A stretch of DNA of 63,445 nt, filler included, from Platydemus manokwari (Eukaryota), in the NCBI GenBank assembly GCA_037951405.1. It is 5 parts of 5 records of this genome, joined end to end, with 100 filler letters (N's around TTAATTAATTAA, not from the genome) between each part and the next. Parts side by side here need not be neighbours in the genome. Positions count along the whole stretch, not along the records: positions 10,201 to 33,586 come from JBBMOY010999970.1; 4 more parts are not named here. The stretch is one strand, 5' to 3'. Under the pieces are notes generated by a model that was given only the letters and a program-made list of their open reading frames with translations, did no database searches and was not told the origin of the DNA. Below, piece after piece: positions 15,052 to 27,700 of this stretch; position 1 is the first letter of the stretch; every line of letters starts with the position of its first letter. The position numbers and the translations under genes are program-made.

Positions 15052-16328
15052 TATTGGGTTTGTGTATAAGTTTGTGCGGTTTTTTAAAATTATGAAAAAT
15101 GCAAAAAATTCCAGATAACAGTTTGCATCTATGAAATCATTAGAAAGAACAAATATCTCAGTCTCAATATGTGAGATATTCTCCACCACAATCGATGACT
15201 TCCTTACACCGTTCTGGTAGTTTGTCAATCACACGTTTGAAGAAGCTTGGTTATTTTTGGTAAAAAAATTCTTTAATCCACATTGTTATTGCTTCTTCGT
15301 TTTCAAATGTGAGACCAGAAAGATGATTCGACATGGAGAGAAGAAAATTAAAATCTGTTAGGACTAAGTCGGGCGAAAATGGAGGATGGGGAAGAACTTC
15401 CCAGCCAAAATCTTCAATAACCAACTTTGTCATTGTCGTGACATGAGGCCGAGCATTGTCAAGCTGTAAAATTATCTGCTTCTTATTGGTTCTCTTCGCT
15501 TTGATTACAGTGTTCACAATTAAGTTCAGCATTGATTGTTTGGTGTATTGGCAGGATTTCCTAATAGACAACACCAACTTGGTCCCACCAAACGCACAAC
15601 AAGATTTTAAGTTAGTGAACTTCGGGTTTTCCACGTGATTTTGATTGCTTTTGAAGAGTTATCCAAGCTTTTTTATGTTTCAAATTTACATACAGGCACC
15701 ATTTTTCATCACCTGTTATGATCCTGGAAAGGAAAGATTGATGTTGGCACATAGCAAATTGATGGCGAACTAGTAAAATATCAAAACACGTTGATTTTTT
15801 GGACTTTCTTGGAGAAGTGATTTTTTACCCAAGATCCAAGATTTTGAACTTTCCCAATTTTCTTGAGATGTCGAGAAGTAATGGTGTGATCAGAATCCAT
15901 GACTTGTCCAAGGGCTCGTGTTGATTGACGAGTATCATCATGAATCAATTGGTTCAAACAATTTTCATTAAAGTTACTAGGTCGGCCTGACCGAGGTGCT
16001 TCTTTTAAATCAAAAATTTCCACTGTTAAATTTAGAAAACCATTTATGCGCTGTTGGTTCACTGAGTGCTTTTTCTCCATGAACGCAACAAATCATTCTG
16101 GTGGCTTCTACAGTGTTTAAATCTTGATTAAAACAGAGAGGGAGTAGATCCAGGAAATGTTCATTTTTCTCTACCTTACATTTCATTTAATGAAAGTGAA
16201 AGTTAGTCTAAAATTATTTTAATAGATAATTCAACTGAATGAATATAAATCAAATCGGTTAAAACAATTAGTTGGTTTGTTTTCTTTGCAACAAATAAAA
16301 CCGCACGAATTTATGCACCAACTCATAT
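15052..16328 (-). mobile_element. Full-length but frameshifted mariner (DD34D) DNA transposon
   Basis: Transposase pieces: LKEAPRSGRPS and HLKKIGKVQNLGSWV (15781-16080), LDNARPH...WEVLPHPPFSPDL...DF (15251-15634). ~30 bp imperfect TIRs: TATTGGGTTTGTGTATAAGTTTGTGCGGTTTT at 15052 and AAAACCGCACGAATTTATGCACCAACTCATA at ~16297-16327; ~1.3 kb length typical of mariner. Confidence 0.9.
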
Positions 16329-17290
16329 TACATATAAATAAGATTTGCAAGGGACCCTCGACATTCATTGTCTAAAGAATCAGCTATAACATAAAAATTT
16401 ATTTTAACAAAGCTTCTGATTTAGAAATTAAATATGGGCATTGCATGTAATGGCGACAATCAGTAAAGGAAACTCGGTTGTTGTGTCTTTATATCGTAAT
16501 GAAGTTAAACTTATTAAATAATATTACCTCTCCAACCCGATAGCATTGACAGTTTAAGCATATTTAATATTCTATATATCAAGTTGTATGTTAACTGCTG
16601 CTTAAATACTATTAAATTCATGTTTCGATGTCTTCTTCAATTTTTTTATTTCTCTATGCAATAATCATAGGTTTAGTTGGCTATACCTTTGAAGCATTTG
16701 ACAGGTTGGTTGCTGAGTACGTGACGAGTTGTATGTGTGAATTTGAGAATATGATCATTTTTTGTGTTATTTTTAATGGCCACATCTGCATGTATGTTTC
16801 GATCAGTTTCTGTGTGTTGGAATTTGTTAAAGGATTTTCTGAGGATTATTTGAAATTTATCAGTTTGTAGTTTATTTTTTTGAACCTTGAAAATATTCGA
16901 TGCACCAAGTTCAACCGATATAAGATCAAGGTGATCGTTGAATCTTGGACAGTAATTTTTTGGTCAATTAGTCTGTTAATACTCATCTTCTGTTAATGTG
17001 TCAGTTATCGGTTTTCAGTGGTGATTTTGATTGTAGATTCTATTATTTCGATAAAAAGTTAAGAATTACACTCATAATAATATAATAAAAATTACTCTTA
17101 AATTAAAAGACACTTTTTATCAAATTGTATTCCTACAGTTTTAACTAGTCTGTTGAGGCTTTTTTATTGTTTAACATTTCAATAGGGTTTTAATAATAAC
17201 TGTATGAATAATATTAATTTTATTAAATCTTGAATTTATTCTCGGTTAAAGTATTGTAATTGAAGTTTTTAATGCGAAGTGAAGAAATTA

Positions 17291-17760
17291 CACCGGTCAA
17301 AAAAGATTGTGTGCCTTGTATTTTTCATTTGTATTCTTTGAGCTGAGTTTAGATATGGTTTTCGACTTTATTCTTCTCCCATGGTTTATTCAGTACATTT
17401 AGTTGATAGGTGATGCTTGAAATATATTAGATTTTTCCGTTATATTTTGCATCAGAAATTTATTCTCTTTATTTTCCGTCAGTACCCACTCAGATAACGC
17501 TTATATATCCTTCAAATGTCATGGTTAAATCGTCCACTATTCTCGTCACTTACAGCTTCAATATTTTTAGGGAACAAGTCAAGATGTAACTGTATGAAAT
17601 TCATTTATATTTGATCCAGTAGTCTTGTAGGTTCTTTAAAAAAGCATTGACTGCGTTCACATAGCTCTCTGCTTCTTTGTTTCCCAAGAAGGTCTTATAA
17701 ACACTTTTGAAGATTACCCATTCTATTTTTTTCATTGTTTCTCAACATTGAAATGAATTT
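17291..17760 (-). mobile_element. Chapaev3-like (CMC superfamily) transposase C-terminal remnant with terminus
   Basis: Minus strand reads (with stops/frameshifts) FLGNKEAESYVNAV...LDLFPKNIEAVSDENSGRFNHDI..YKRY, matching the FLGN..A.NY...LDFFP.NLGAVSDEHGERFHQDI motif; a CAC-starting terminus (CACCGGTCAAAAAA) lies at 17291. Confidence 0.65.
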
Positions 17761-20059
17761 CGGCCATTGGTCAATTGTTTTTTAATAGAGAGAGAGAATC
17801 TACAAGTGTTAAGTGAATTACGTTTTTATCAATAATAATAAAATTTAATTAATAAATCCATGAAAGCCGGATCTAGTAATTATAGTTTATAATTTTAGAA
17901 AAATAAATAAAACATTATCCTTTTCATTTTTTAACCGAAAATAATTACTAATATCTAATAATATCTTATTGTAAAATTTGATATGTTTATAAAAGTTTTA
18001 TATTCGCAAGTTTGTGATGATTAGAAATAAATAATGTCAATTATGGAGAAGAGAATGTAAATTGCATTTGTAAAAATCTTCGGAAAAAGCCATTTCTAAT
18101 TCGATGACATTTCAGTCTTATCTTAACAAACTAAATAAAGAAAATTTTCCCACATTTGTTCAAAAGAAATTGAATTATTAAATAAATACTAACAAATTCG
18201 GCTGTTATCAGAAAGTTATAAATAAATTTTTTAATTCCTTACAAAACCAGTATTTGGGAAATTAAAATAGCAGTTATTAAGATTCTATAATCTATGTCTG
18301 TTAAATTTTCCAGAGAATAAGCCATTAAAATTAAAATCTAGACATGTTCATTGATCATTTAGAAAACCAATATAATGAATATAAGAATTTATTAATCACA
18401 AATTAAAGGACAAATTTTTAAATAATAGAATATGAAAGAATGAATTCATATGCACAAATAATTAAATATTGAACCAATTCAAATTACTGTTTTACAAGCT
18501 TTTATTTATTTGAGCTAGTTTTGAGATGTCAATTGTTCGAAATTGAATAAGAAACTTTATAATTATACTCTTATTATATCCTGTGATTTTATTTACATAA
18601 AGGCATAAAGCAAAAATGAATTTATAACTTTAATTACATTGATAACAAAATTATTATTACCTTACATCAGTTATAAGGGTTCCACTGAGAATAATTATTT
18701 CAATTCTAACAGGTAGTCATGTAATATACCTGTCATTTTCTATCGGATAGATCTTTGAATGTAATAATTTAATAACTAATTCATTGATGGATTCGAACCC
18801 AAAGGAATCTTACTTTCTTTCAATTTCACTTACCATTTAACTTCAATCACAAAGTTTATACAGCATTATTTTATTCATATCAGCTTTTATATCACATACG
18901 TGAAGTAAATTGATAAACCATTTGAAAATATTCATTATACTAATAATAATTTGATAATAATAATTAATATTATTTTTATGCAAAGGCTTTATTAGATTTC
19001 GCAAAAGTGAGGGATGGAAAAATAATGAAGTCATTAAGTTAATTAAAGTTTATAGAAAATCATTTAAATATTGAAATATTAATATATTATACATAACTAT
19101 ATTTTAAATATCAAATACTAAAATGTTAAATAGCAAAAGATAATGAAAACATTTGGAATGAGATTTTAGCTTTGGAAAATGTAGATTAATTTTCAAAGTA
19201 GATATAGTAGGAATTGTAATTGAAAATTAAAAATGGAAATAAATACTTTAAGTTTGGATTTTTAAACAACAGTTAAATCCGAGTTATCAATCTGTCAGAG
19301 TGAATTGTTTTGTTAAGTTGTATAATTGTTAACGTAAAGATATTTTATAATAAATTTGAATAAAGTACTATAATATTAGAGGTCACGTTTATGAAGACAT
19401 TAAAAAAAACCTAGAAACCCTTGTTTTAGCATTTTAAGGATTTGCATGCCTACACAACCATACAGCCATGGCAAACAACCAATCACGGCTAATTTAGATG
19501 GAAAATGATATTTTTGCAAAAGGGTCATAGCCATACAGTAACGCATACACACAGATTCACCAATCCCAGGTATACAATAACTAAAAAGTCCAATAGAAAT
19601 TTGAGAAATTAAAAATCAAATGAAAATGTGAAACACTTATGATGCAAAAATTACACACAAATTTGAAGAATAAATACTGATGTAAGGATGACCAACTGCC
19701 AGTTGAAAGCTAAGTTTAGGTTGTATTTTTGAGATGCTTTGTTGAGTTTTAGAGTATCGTGCTGATTAGTACTGTAACGAAAATAAAATTTGCAACCTTT
19801 GATTTGTTGGTTTTGTGAGGTTTATTTAAAAATACGATAAATAATTATAATTTACATAAGATTAAAATTATAAAAATTTGAGTTAAAAAATATTTTTAAA
19901 ATTATATTAAAAATAAATACACCATATAAAATGATCTTGTTTTAAAAATTTTACTGTTAACATCTCAATTTTAATATCATTAAAATTACGAAAAGTAAAA
20001 TTTAAATATTTTAAATTAAAAAAAAATTTTAAATGTGAGCATTTTTTATTGGATTTTAA

Positions 20060-20315
20060 CACGTTGACGGACACTTGCGTCTATAACCGTCAAAGCAAAG
20101 TACACTATGTGGCATGACGGCAATAGCCGCCTAAAACTAAACGGTCTTTTTTGGACAATGCGGCTATATCGGCACAAATGTGCATTTACCGGCGTACAAA
20201 TAGAAGTCTAGTGTCATGTTTTGAAAACAATTCTTTCGGTTAATTTTTGCAGCTTAAGTACGCTCATATAGTGTTAAATTTTGAACTTCATTTGTTCCTA
20301 CTGTCCGTCAATGTG
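20060..20315. mobile_element. piggyBac-type MITE (256 bp)
   Basis: TTAA on both flanks (20056-20059, 20316-20319); 14-bp TIRs CACGTTGACGGACA / TGTCCGTCAATGTG (13/14); internal quasi-palindromic subterminal repeats (CGTCTATAACCGTC, GACGGCAATAGCCG, GCGGCTATATCGGC). Confidence 0.8.
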
Positions 20316-21139
20316 TTAAAAGTAGGGAATAAATTTAAAATTTCTTTGAAAATGGATGTATTATAAATACATATTTTCTGTTCTGTTGAAAACATGTCTT
20401 TTCATTTGAATATTAAAAATGAAGAAGTTTTATCAACTAACAGGTGTCAATAATTATTGGTGATTCCGAATAGTCACCAACAATATAAATATACTTTGAA
20501 ATTGTTTAATGGCCAAGTCGCAAATTTTCATTTTCCTATGTTTGATTCCAAAGAAAACATGAATTTCTAATCCGCATTTTAGAGTCAAAAATTCAGAGCT
20601 GAGTTGAAATTAGAGCTAAAATGAATTTGAAATTCAAATAATTTGTTTGAACATTTATATTGACTGTATATTTTCTTCTATTCAAATCATTACCATGAAA
20701 TCATTAATAATTCAAAGTCCAGTTTAGAACCAGTGTATAAGCCAAATATTTAATATACACATTTATTTAATGAACAAGTTGTAATATTAAATCATTAGTC
20801 GCACTACAAATTATGAAGCGTCAAATGTTATGGAGAATATTATTTATGTAAAATGGTGCCTTAACGATAATTATGTAAATGTCTTTCTGGTTGTAAATTA
20901 TGAAAAAGAATACATATAATAAATGCAAATTTTTAAAATACACTTTCAACATTTAAAAAATATGTTTCCCAGGCATATTTAACAATGAACAGCTGTAACA
21001 ACTTTCTGATCCACTTTTGATTAAGTATATTTGGGACAAAAGTTAAACAGTATAATTGAGATACTCGATTATTCAATTTTGGCTTTATATTTTATTCGAG
21101 GATTTCATTCTGTTTTATTCCAAAGAAAACATGAATATA

Positions 21140-21691
21140 ACATGCGATTCATAAGTGCCCGTCTCTAAAACTAAAATAAAACAAGAGTAAGAACAAACTA
21201 AATGTATTGAGTTACTTGAATGCACAACAAAACACAATAACAGTAAGAACAATTAATGGCAAATAATAAGCAATTTTATAGCAGCTGTTCAAAATGTTCA
21301 CCATCTTGCTCCAATCAGAGATTGCATCGTTTCCTGAAGCTTGAATAACATTTACGGACAATTTCTTGATTGATGTTTATTAATTCGTGTGAAATTACTT
21401 CTTTAAGTTAGTTGAGCGTTGTAAAATTGTTGTGGATTGCATAAAATCGATCTTTGATATAGCTCCATAACCAAAAGCAAATATTGTAAACACTGTCCGC
21501 AATCGAAAATTTAACATCACCAGCTGCTTCCGCCATATTGTAATAATGCAACTGATTTATAAGACATAAGAAATAAAGCACATTAATCAGTGAATAATAA
21601 TTAATATCAATGAGTATAAATATGTGTATAAATTATATTGTATTTGTTGTTTAGTTTTAGTTTTAGAGATGGAGACTTATCAATCGCAGGG
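21140..21691 (-). mobile_element. Internally deleted Tc1/mariner-superfamily element
   Basis: ~40 bp imperfect TIRs (ACATGCGATTCATAAGTGCCCGTCTCTAAAACTAAAA vs reverse complement CCCTGCGATTGATAAGTCTCCATCTCTAAAACTAAAA), TA flanks, and a transposase C-terminus CFWLWSYIKDRFY...SFRKRC...QDGEHFEQLL at ~21279-21480. Confidence 0.8.
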
Positions 21692-21736
21692 TATATATAT
21701 ACCTATATAATGATACTAAAAATGGTAATATAACAC

Positions 21737-24700
21737 CTTGTATTGCTTAAGTAACTCGCATTGGTATTGTTCTAGCTGCATAGTCCAATCCACCCATGAA
21801 TTGAGGATATCCTGAATTTCTGATTGTCTTTGATGAATAAACAGCTCGTAGGATCCTAATTCATAATCGTTAAGTTGCTGTGCCGATTGTACTATTTGAG
21901 TGTTGATGAATCGATTTCTCAAATGAGTAGGTAATGCCTATTAAACAGAAGAATAAAAACCAAACAACAATTTAACTGACCATGTTGTCATAATATCCCA
22001 CGAAATCTAAAGCATCCTCTGAAATCAGTTCATTTAGATGGGTAGACAAAAGGTACATGATAAATAAGGCAAAAGCAGAGCCGCAAAACTTCGGGACAAA
22101 AGACGATTCCATTGTCTGGGCAGAGAAAAACATTGAATGGTAATTATTTCATAAGAATTCTTCACCTCACAAAATGTTCTTTTCAATATAAATTTGAAGT
22201 TATTTTCGTTTCGTTTCTTTCGCCTGTTTCCTAAGAGAAATATAATGAACAATAATTGATATTGTAAGCTCAATGCAACAGCAATTACTGTCAAGATAAA
22301 TTTTATATCGATGTTTTTAAGAATCACTTTGTAATCGAATTTGGTTTAAAATGCCACAAGACAAGCACATTACAGAATCGGTTAGTGGAATCAATAAATT
22401 CCCCGCATGTACTCCAACAATATGTAAATATTGGAGAAAAATTTCCAACATAAAAAAATTTCAATACAATTACCTGGGATGACAGAGATAATGAAAAAAA
22501 ATGTCCCTTCTCAATAATTGTTCAAAGAATCCAAACACTACGTAATAATAAGAAACATGGTGTTACTATTTATAAGAAACATAGCAAGTTATTTTAAGTG
22601 TTCAAGGCACGTTTTAGTAAAAAAAATGACCAAAGATATCCCATAATGCCTACAAAACATCCGATTGGATAGATATATGGCGATAATAAAAAATTAAAAG
22701 AAACACACATTAACAATTACGATAACTAAACATGCTGAATATTTTTTCAAAATGGATTTATGAAAAATTAGATCATATTATTTAATGGCCCCGGGCTATC
22801 CTAGTTGCTGATATAAAACAATTGGCTTACCCAATAAACTATCTTCACTTTAATAAAAGGTGCAAGTTGTCAAACAAATCTATAAATAAATAAAACCCAT
22901 TGGACTTGTTTGTTTTCATTATAATTTCAGATAACTTAAGAAATTAATGAAAATGTGATTGTGAGAATTTTTAAATGGATTCAATTTTTAAACATTTATT
23001 TTTATATATGATTTAGTGTCGTGACTTTTCAGTTCGTTTTCGATGTGTTTTATAAAATAGTAACGGCTAGTGTAATTATTGATCTGTAAAGACGTCAATA
23101 CGATATATTTCCAGCTCCATGAATGCTGATAGATTTTTAAAAACATTTTTTCATTTTTTCGAAGGAAAAAATGTGATTCTCGATTTTTAAATTAATTTGT
23201 TATTTCTTTTTCAACATACACTGAATGGTGTGAGATATTTCCAAGAAAGTCTAACGTATCGTTCAATAACAACCGTAGTTTGCCCGATTAAAATCATCAG
23301 TGCTCAAACATCACTCGAACCATTGATTACCTTTAATAGTACAATCGATGAAGCATGGGTAACCATAGAAGATCTGTTCTATCGTGTCGATTGTATGAGC
23401 AGCTCTATGTAATAACCATAAGAGATCTAACAGCAAGGTCAGTGTCAATAAATGACTCCAAGACAGCTGGACGAGAACTCTGTAAATGGATTCAATGGTT
23501 TCAGTATACATCATGTTTTTATCATCGTTGTTAGTATCTTTAGATGGATTCGGCCCAGGTTGATATCTGTGGTCTCGATCATTTTTGTTTCCACCGGTGG
23601 GATTTTTCAATGGTGATTCATTGGGAGGATCATAATATGACCAGATCGATTGTTCCAGCTCCTGCAAATGCCTTAAGTAATAGGGTAATCTACATTTTAT
23701 TCATAACTAAATCTTTTTCTTTTGGATTAAACGGTTTGTATTCAGGTCCATATTCAGCATCGAGACCACTTCCAACTCTTGGTTCAGGAACTGGTATGTT
23801 CAATTCGGCCCAATCTGGAAAAGGAAAAGAACTAGGAAGGGTTAGTTGAGGCGGAGATTCTGGTAATTCCCCCGTGATCTTAAGCCAAGAAAGAAAACTT
23901 TTCGTTGGATCATCTTTAGAGGTCGAACCTTCGGTTCTTTTCCTCAGTACTTCCTGGTAAATGAGTCTAGCACCTAAGTAGAATATTGAAAATACCAAGA
24001 GAACATTAAAATAACAAAACCTTCAAGCCATTCACTTTCTGACAACTTTTTCTTGGTCATTTTCATATCGTGCTGAATTCTCTTCATGAAGATTTTTGCT
24101 GTTCGATTAAAATCTTCAAGATTCCGAGTTAATTGGTGAACCATATTTCTCATTTCATATTGTGCTCTTTCTACGACAGCTTGAGAAATCAAAACCCGAG
24201 ATCTTCTCTTGGCGGCCTGAGCCGATACCTGTTCCAGTCTCTATTAAAGCGAAAGGAAATTAAATCAATAACGCAAAACAATAAGTTCGAGTTTAAAATG
24301 AAAGTGACTAACTAATTTATATTATCTATTCTTTTTCCAGAGAGGCGAAATTTAAACTTCAAAAAGAAAATCAAAGAACGTTAAATGATTTTTATCTGTT
24401 CGCTATAAGAATAAATAATATGCTGTCACTGACGAAATAATTTATCGATCATCATGCAAGTAATGACATAAATTCTAACAACTGTTTGTGATACAGTGTA
24501 TAAATTATCCATTACATCATTTTAAGAAGAATATCAAACAATGATAATAGATGAAAAAAGTAACTGTTGGCGAAATAATAGTCGACATATATTCCAATAA
24601 TTGATAATGATAAGCACGCATTATAAATATATTAATTACAGAGTAATTAGCCTCAATTTAATCTCAGTAAAATATGAATATTTCATTTATAGATTTGTTA

Positions 24701-27700
24701 TGGTCTATTCTAAAATTTTTCAGCGTTTCTGCAACAGAAATTTCATTGAAAAAACAAAATTTAGTGCAGCTTCATTGATAAACAAAATCAAACATTATAA
24801 AAATCGAAAAGTCAGCTTTTGGTTTGATAATGACGAGGATAACTTTTTAACCGGTGAAAATCCTGACATTGATATTTGACACCGATGTCATAAGCAGTAC
24901 CAACTAAGAAATATAATCGATAAACACGCGAATTTTAAACAGATGATTCCCGGTAATATTCGATTACAGTAAGAATCGTTTAGCAATGGATATTAAACAC
25001 AACCGAAAAAAATAACTCAAATCCTTATTACACCAATAGCTGCTACTAATCAATATTTCGTAGTAATTAAGTTGAAGAATATATTCGATAATCAGTGGAA
25101 AAAAACTTAAAATAAATATACTAAAAGGGTTTTCTAAACCATTTCGACTTCCAGATAAAAAAATTCACACCGGGAAAATGAGATAAGCAACTCCATAATG
25201 ACTTACAAATTTCTATCACAATGTTTTAACGGACTACAATAAAAATGTTCACATACAATTTATATCTCGTTGAAGAATTTTTCCAATAGCTTGATTTTAA
25301 AAATATATGGATCAAAAAATGAAGTAAACTTAAATAAAAAAAAATATTCAAGGATTGCTATTATTATTTATTATAAGATAGGACACAGAACTAGCAATAT
25401 TTCATCAAACTTTTCCTCATTCATAGTATATTTTCAACAATGGGATTATAAATTGTTAAACAAATATTGATTTGTAATAAAGAAGCTTTATGAGTATGAT
25501 TAATAAAATATTAATAATATAATGTTTAGAAAACTTAATCATAATAATTTCCCATCATCATACCTCATTCATATTTTGATAATACTTCATCAGACGTTTA
25601 TCACATCGGGTTTTGACTTGCATCACATGAGCCAGTTGACGAGAGAGCTCCTTTTCGAGATACGTATCCATTTTATCCATTAATAACTTTTCCGTTACTG
25701 TGCTATTGATATATTCATTGTTGTGATTAGTTAGTTGGGTATATGGCTCTCTAACAACAAGCAATAACGATAATCATAATAAATAAGCATCGAAGAAACC
25801 TGGTATAGATGACCATAACAATGAGAAGAGTTGTTGTCGTTACAGTAAAACAATAGAACGCCTTTATTGTCAAATAAATGACAAAAACGACAAGATGTCG
25901 AGTTTTAAAGACAATATCCTCGCACAAATGTTCCTCTAAAATAAAATAATATAATATTATTTAAAGGCAATTCATTAAATTATGGACATATGATAGATGG
26001 GGCTAGGCAGTGGCGTCTTGGTAAAGGAGAAGCCTAATCATTTATAAATCTAGTTTTCCATAATACAGCCCTCTTGGAGTGTAAAGTCTTAACATTGGTT
26101 GCTGCGATTCCAAAAATATAGCTACCAAACTTATAATTCAAATATGAACGAAAAGATTGGAATAATATAATTCTTGTGATCCCAGTGCACTTGGCTAAGG
26201 GCTTTGTACAAGAAGTGTGTTTGGACATCTTTAAACGAGTAGTGAAGTTCAGAGAATATAGCGCAAATGTCTATCATTAAATAAAGAGGCATACACCACC
26301 CATAGCACCTGTTGCTAGCACATTGGCCTTAATAGGTAACTAACATAGAATCATGCGGCAGATAAATTTTAAGCGGATCCTACATATTAAGTAACAATTT
26401 TATTGAGTTGAGGTTAAAGTCTTAGAGACTTTTCCATAAAATTATCCTAAATATCCAACCTTTACTAGAAGAATGGCAAAGGTGTCTGGACAAAATGCGT
26501 TACTGGTGACTTGACTTTAAATAAATACAAGTCTGAGTATAAACGATACGATGTGAAGTGAAAGTATCCTCAGTTTCTAATTAATAAAGAGTTCAGAAAT
26601 CAACTGATTTGATGGTCGTTGAGGGTTTTCAAGGCTCCAGAGATGAAAAACTAAAGGATAAATAGCTAACAATTGACATAATTCGGTATAGTGAATTTTT
26701 CACAGACAAAATGATGGGTAAGTTTCCGATACACACATTATACTGCAATCAAAGAATGATATCATCTAGAATTACTATGGCACTCTCCGCGCTTTGAACC
26801 ACACTGTTTACAGCCTAGAGGTCCAGTGTTGTATTTATTGAAACATATCTGGTCTAAAAAATTTTCATCTACTTGATTCCCTTAAAATAAACCTCGAAAA
26901 CAAAGATTCACCTATTAAGAAAAATAAAGACTTTAAAAAATACAATCCTTATTCGCTTAATATTTTCACGTTCAAGCATTACAGCAGTAATATTGTCATC
27001 TCGCAAATCTTAGTCAAACTTCTAAAACTCAAACAAAGCACAAAATGGAAATTATCAGTAACGAAAACATTATCAATAATTAATGTAAAAAATACCTTTC
27101 CTAGTCAAGTGACCAATCAATAACAATATTAAACACGTTGTCAACACCCCAAGAACGGTATACATTACCAGCGGAGGAATTCCGAAAGGTGAAGTGTCTT
27201 TTAAACTTTTTTCCCGACTCACGGCCATAACTTCAGGTAAAATAGACAACTCTTCCTCAGAATATTCTGTACAACAACAAAAATGACTAGAAATTAACTC
27301 AATCAATATCAAAGTTTACTTCCGTCTTGTGAACGGCGATATTTTTCGATTTGGATCATCATTTGAGGATCTTGTTTCGATCTGTGGACCATTATTTCCA
27401 ATTCACCTTTAATATCGATTATTTTTATAATAAATGATTTATCATAATCGGGCTGGGATGCTGGAGCTGGAACACGCAAATGAATCTGAAAAATTCAATC
27501 CATACATTAGTAGCCATTGAAATATCAAAGCCGATGTGAAATAAAAATTGCCCAGAAATCAATAAATTTATGTAATAAAACATTACTTTGAAATTTTTCT
27601 CTTCAAAAACACCGATATCATAATCCAATAATGGATAATTGTTGTCTCGAGAGTTTCTATAAGAATCCGAAGAAGTTTGTTGTGAAGAGGAGATCTTATT

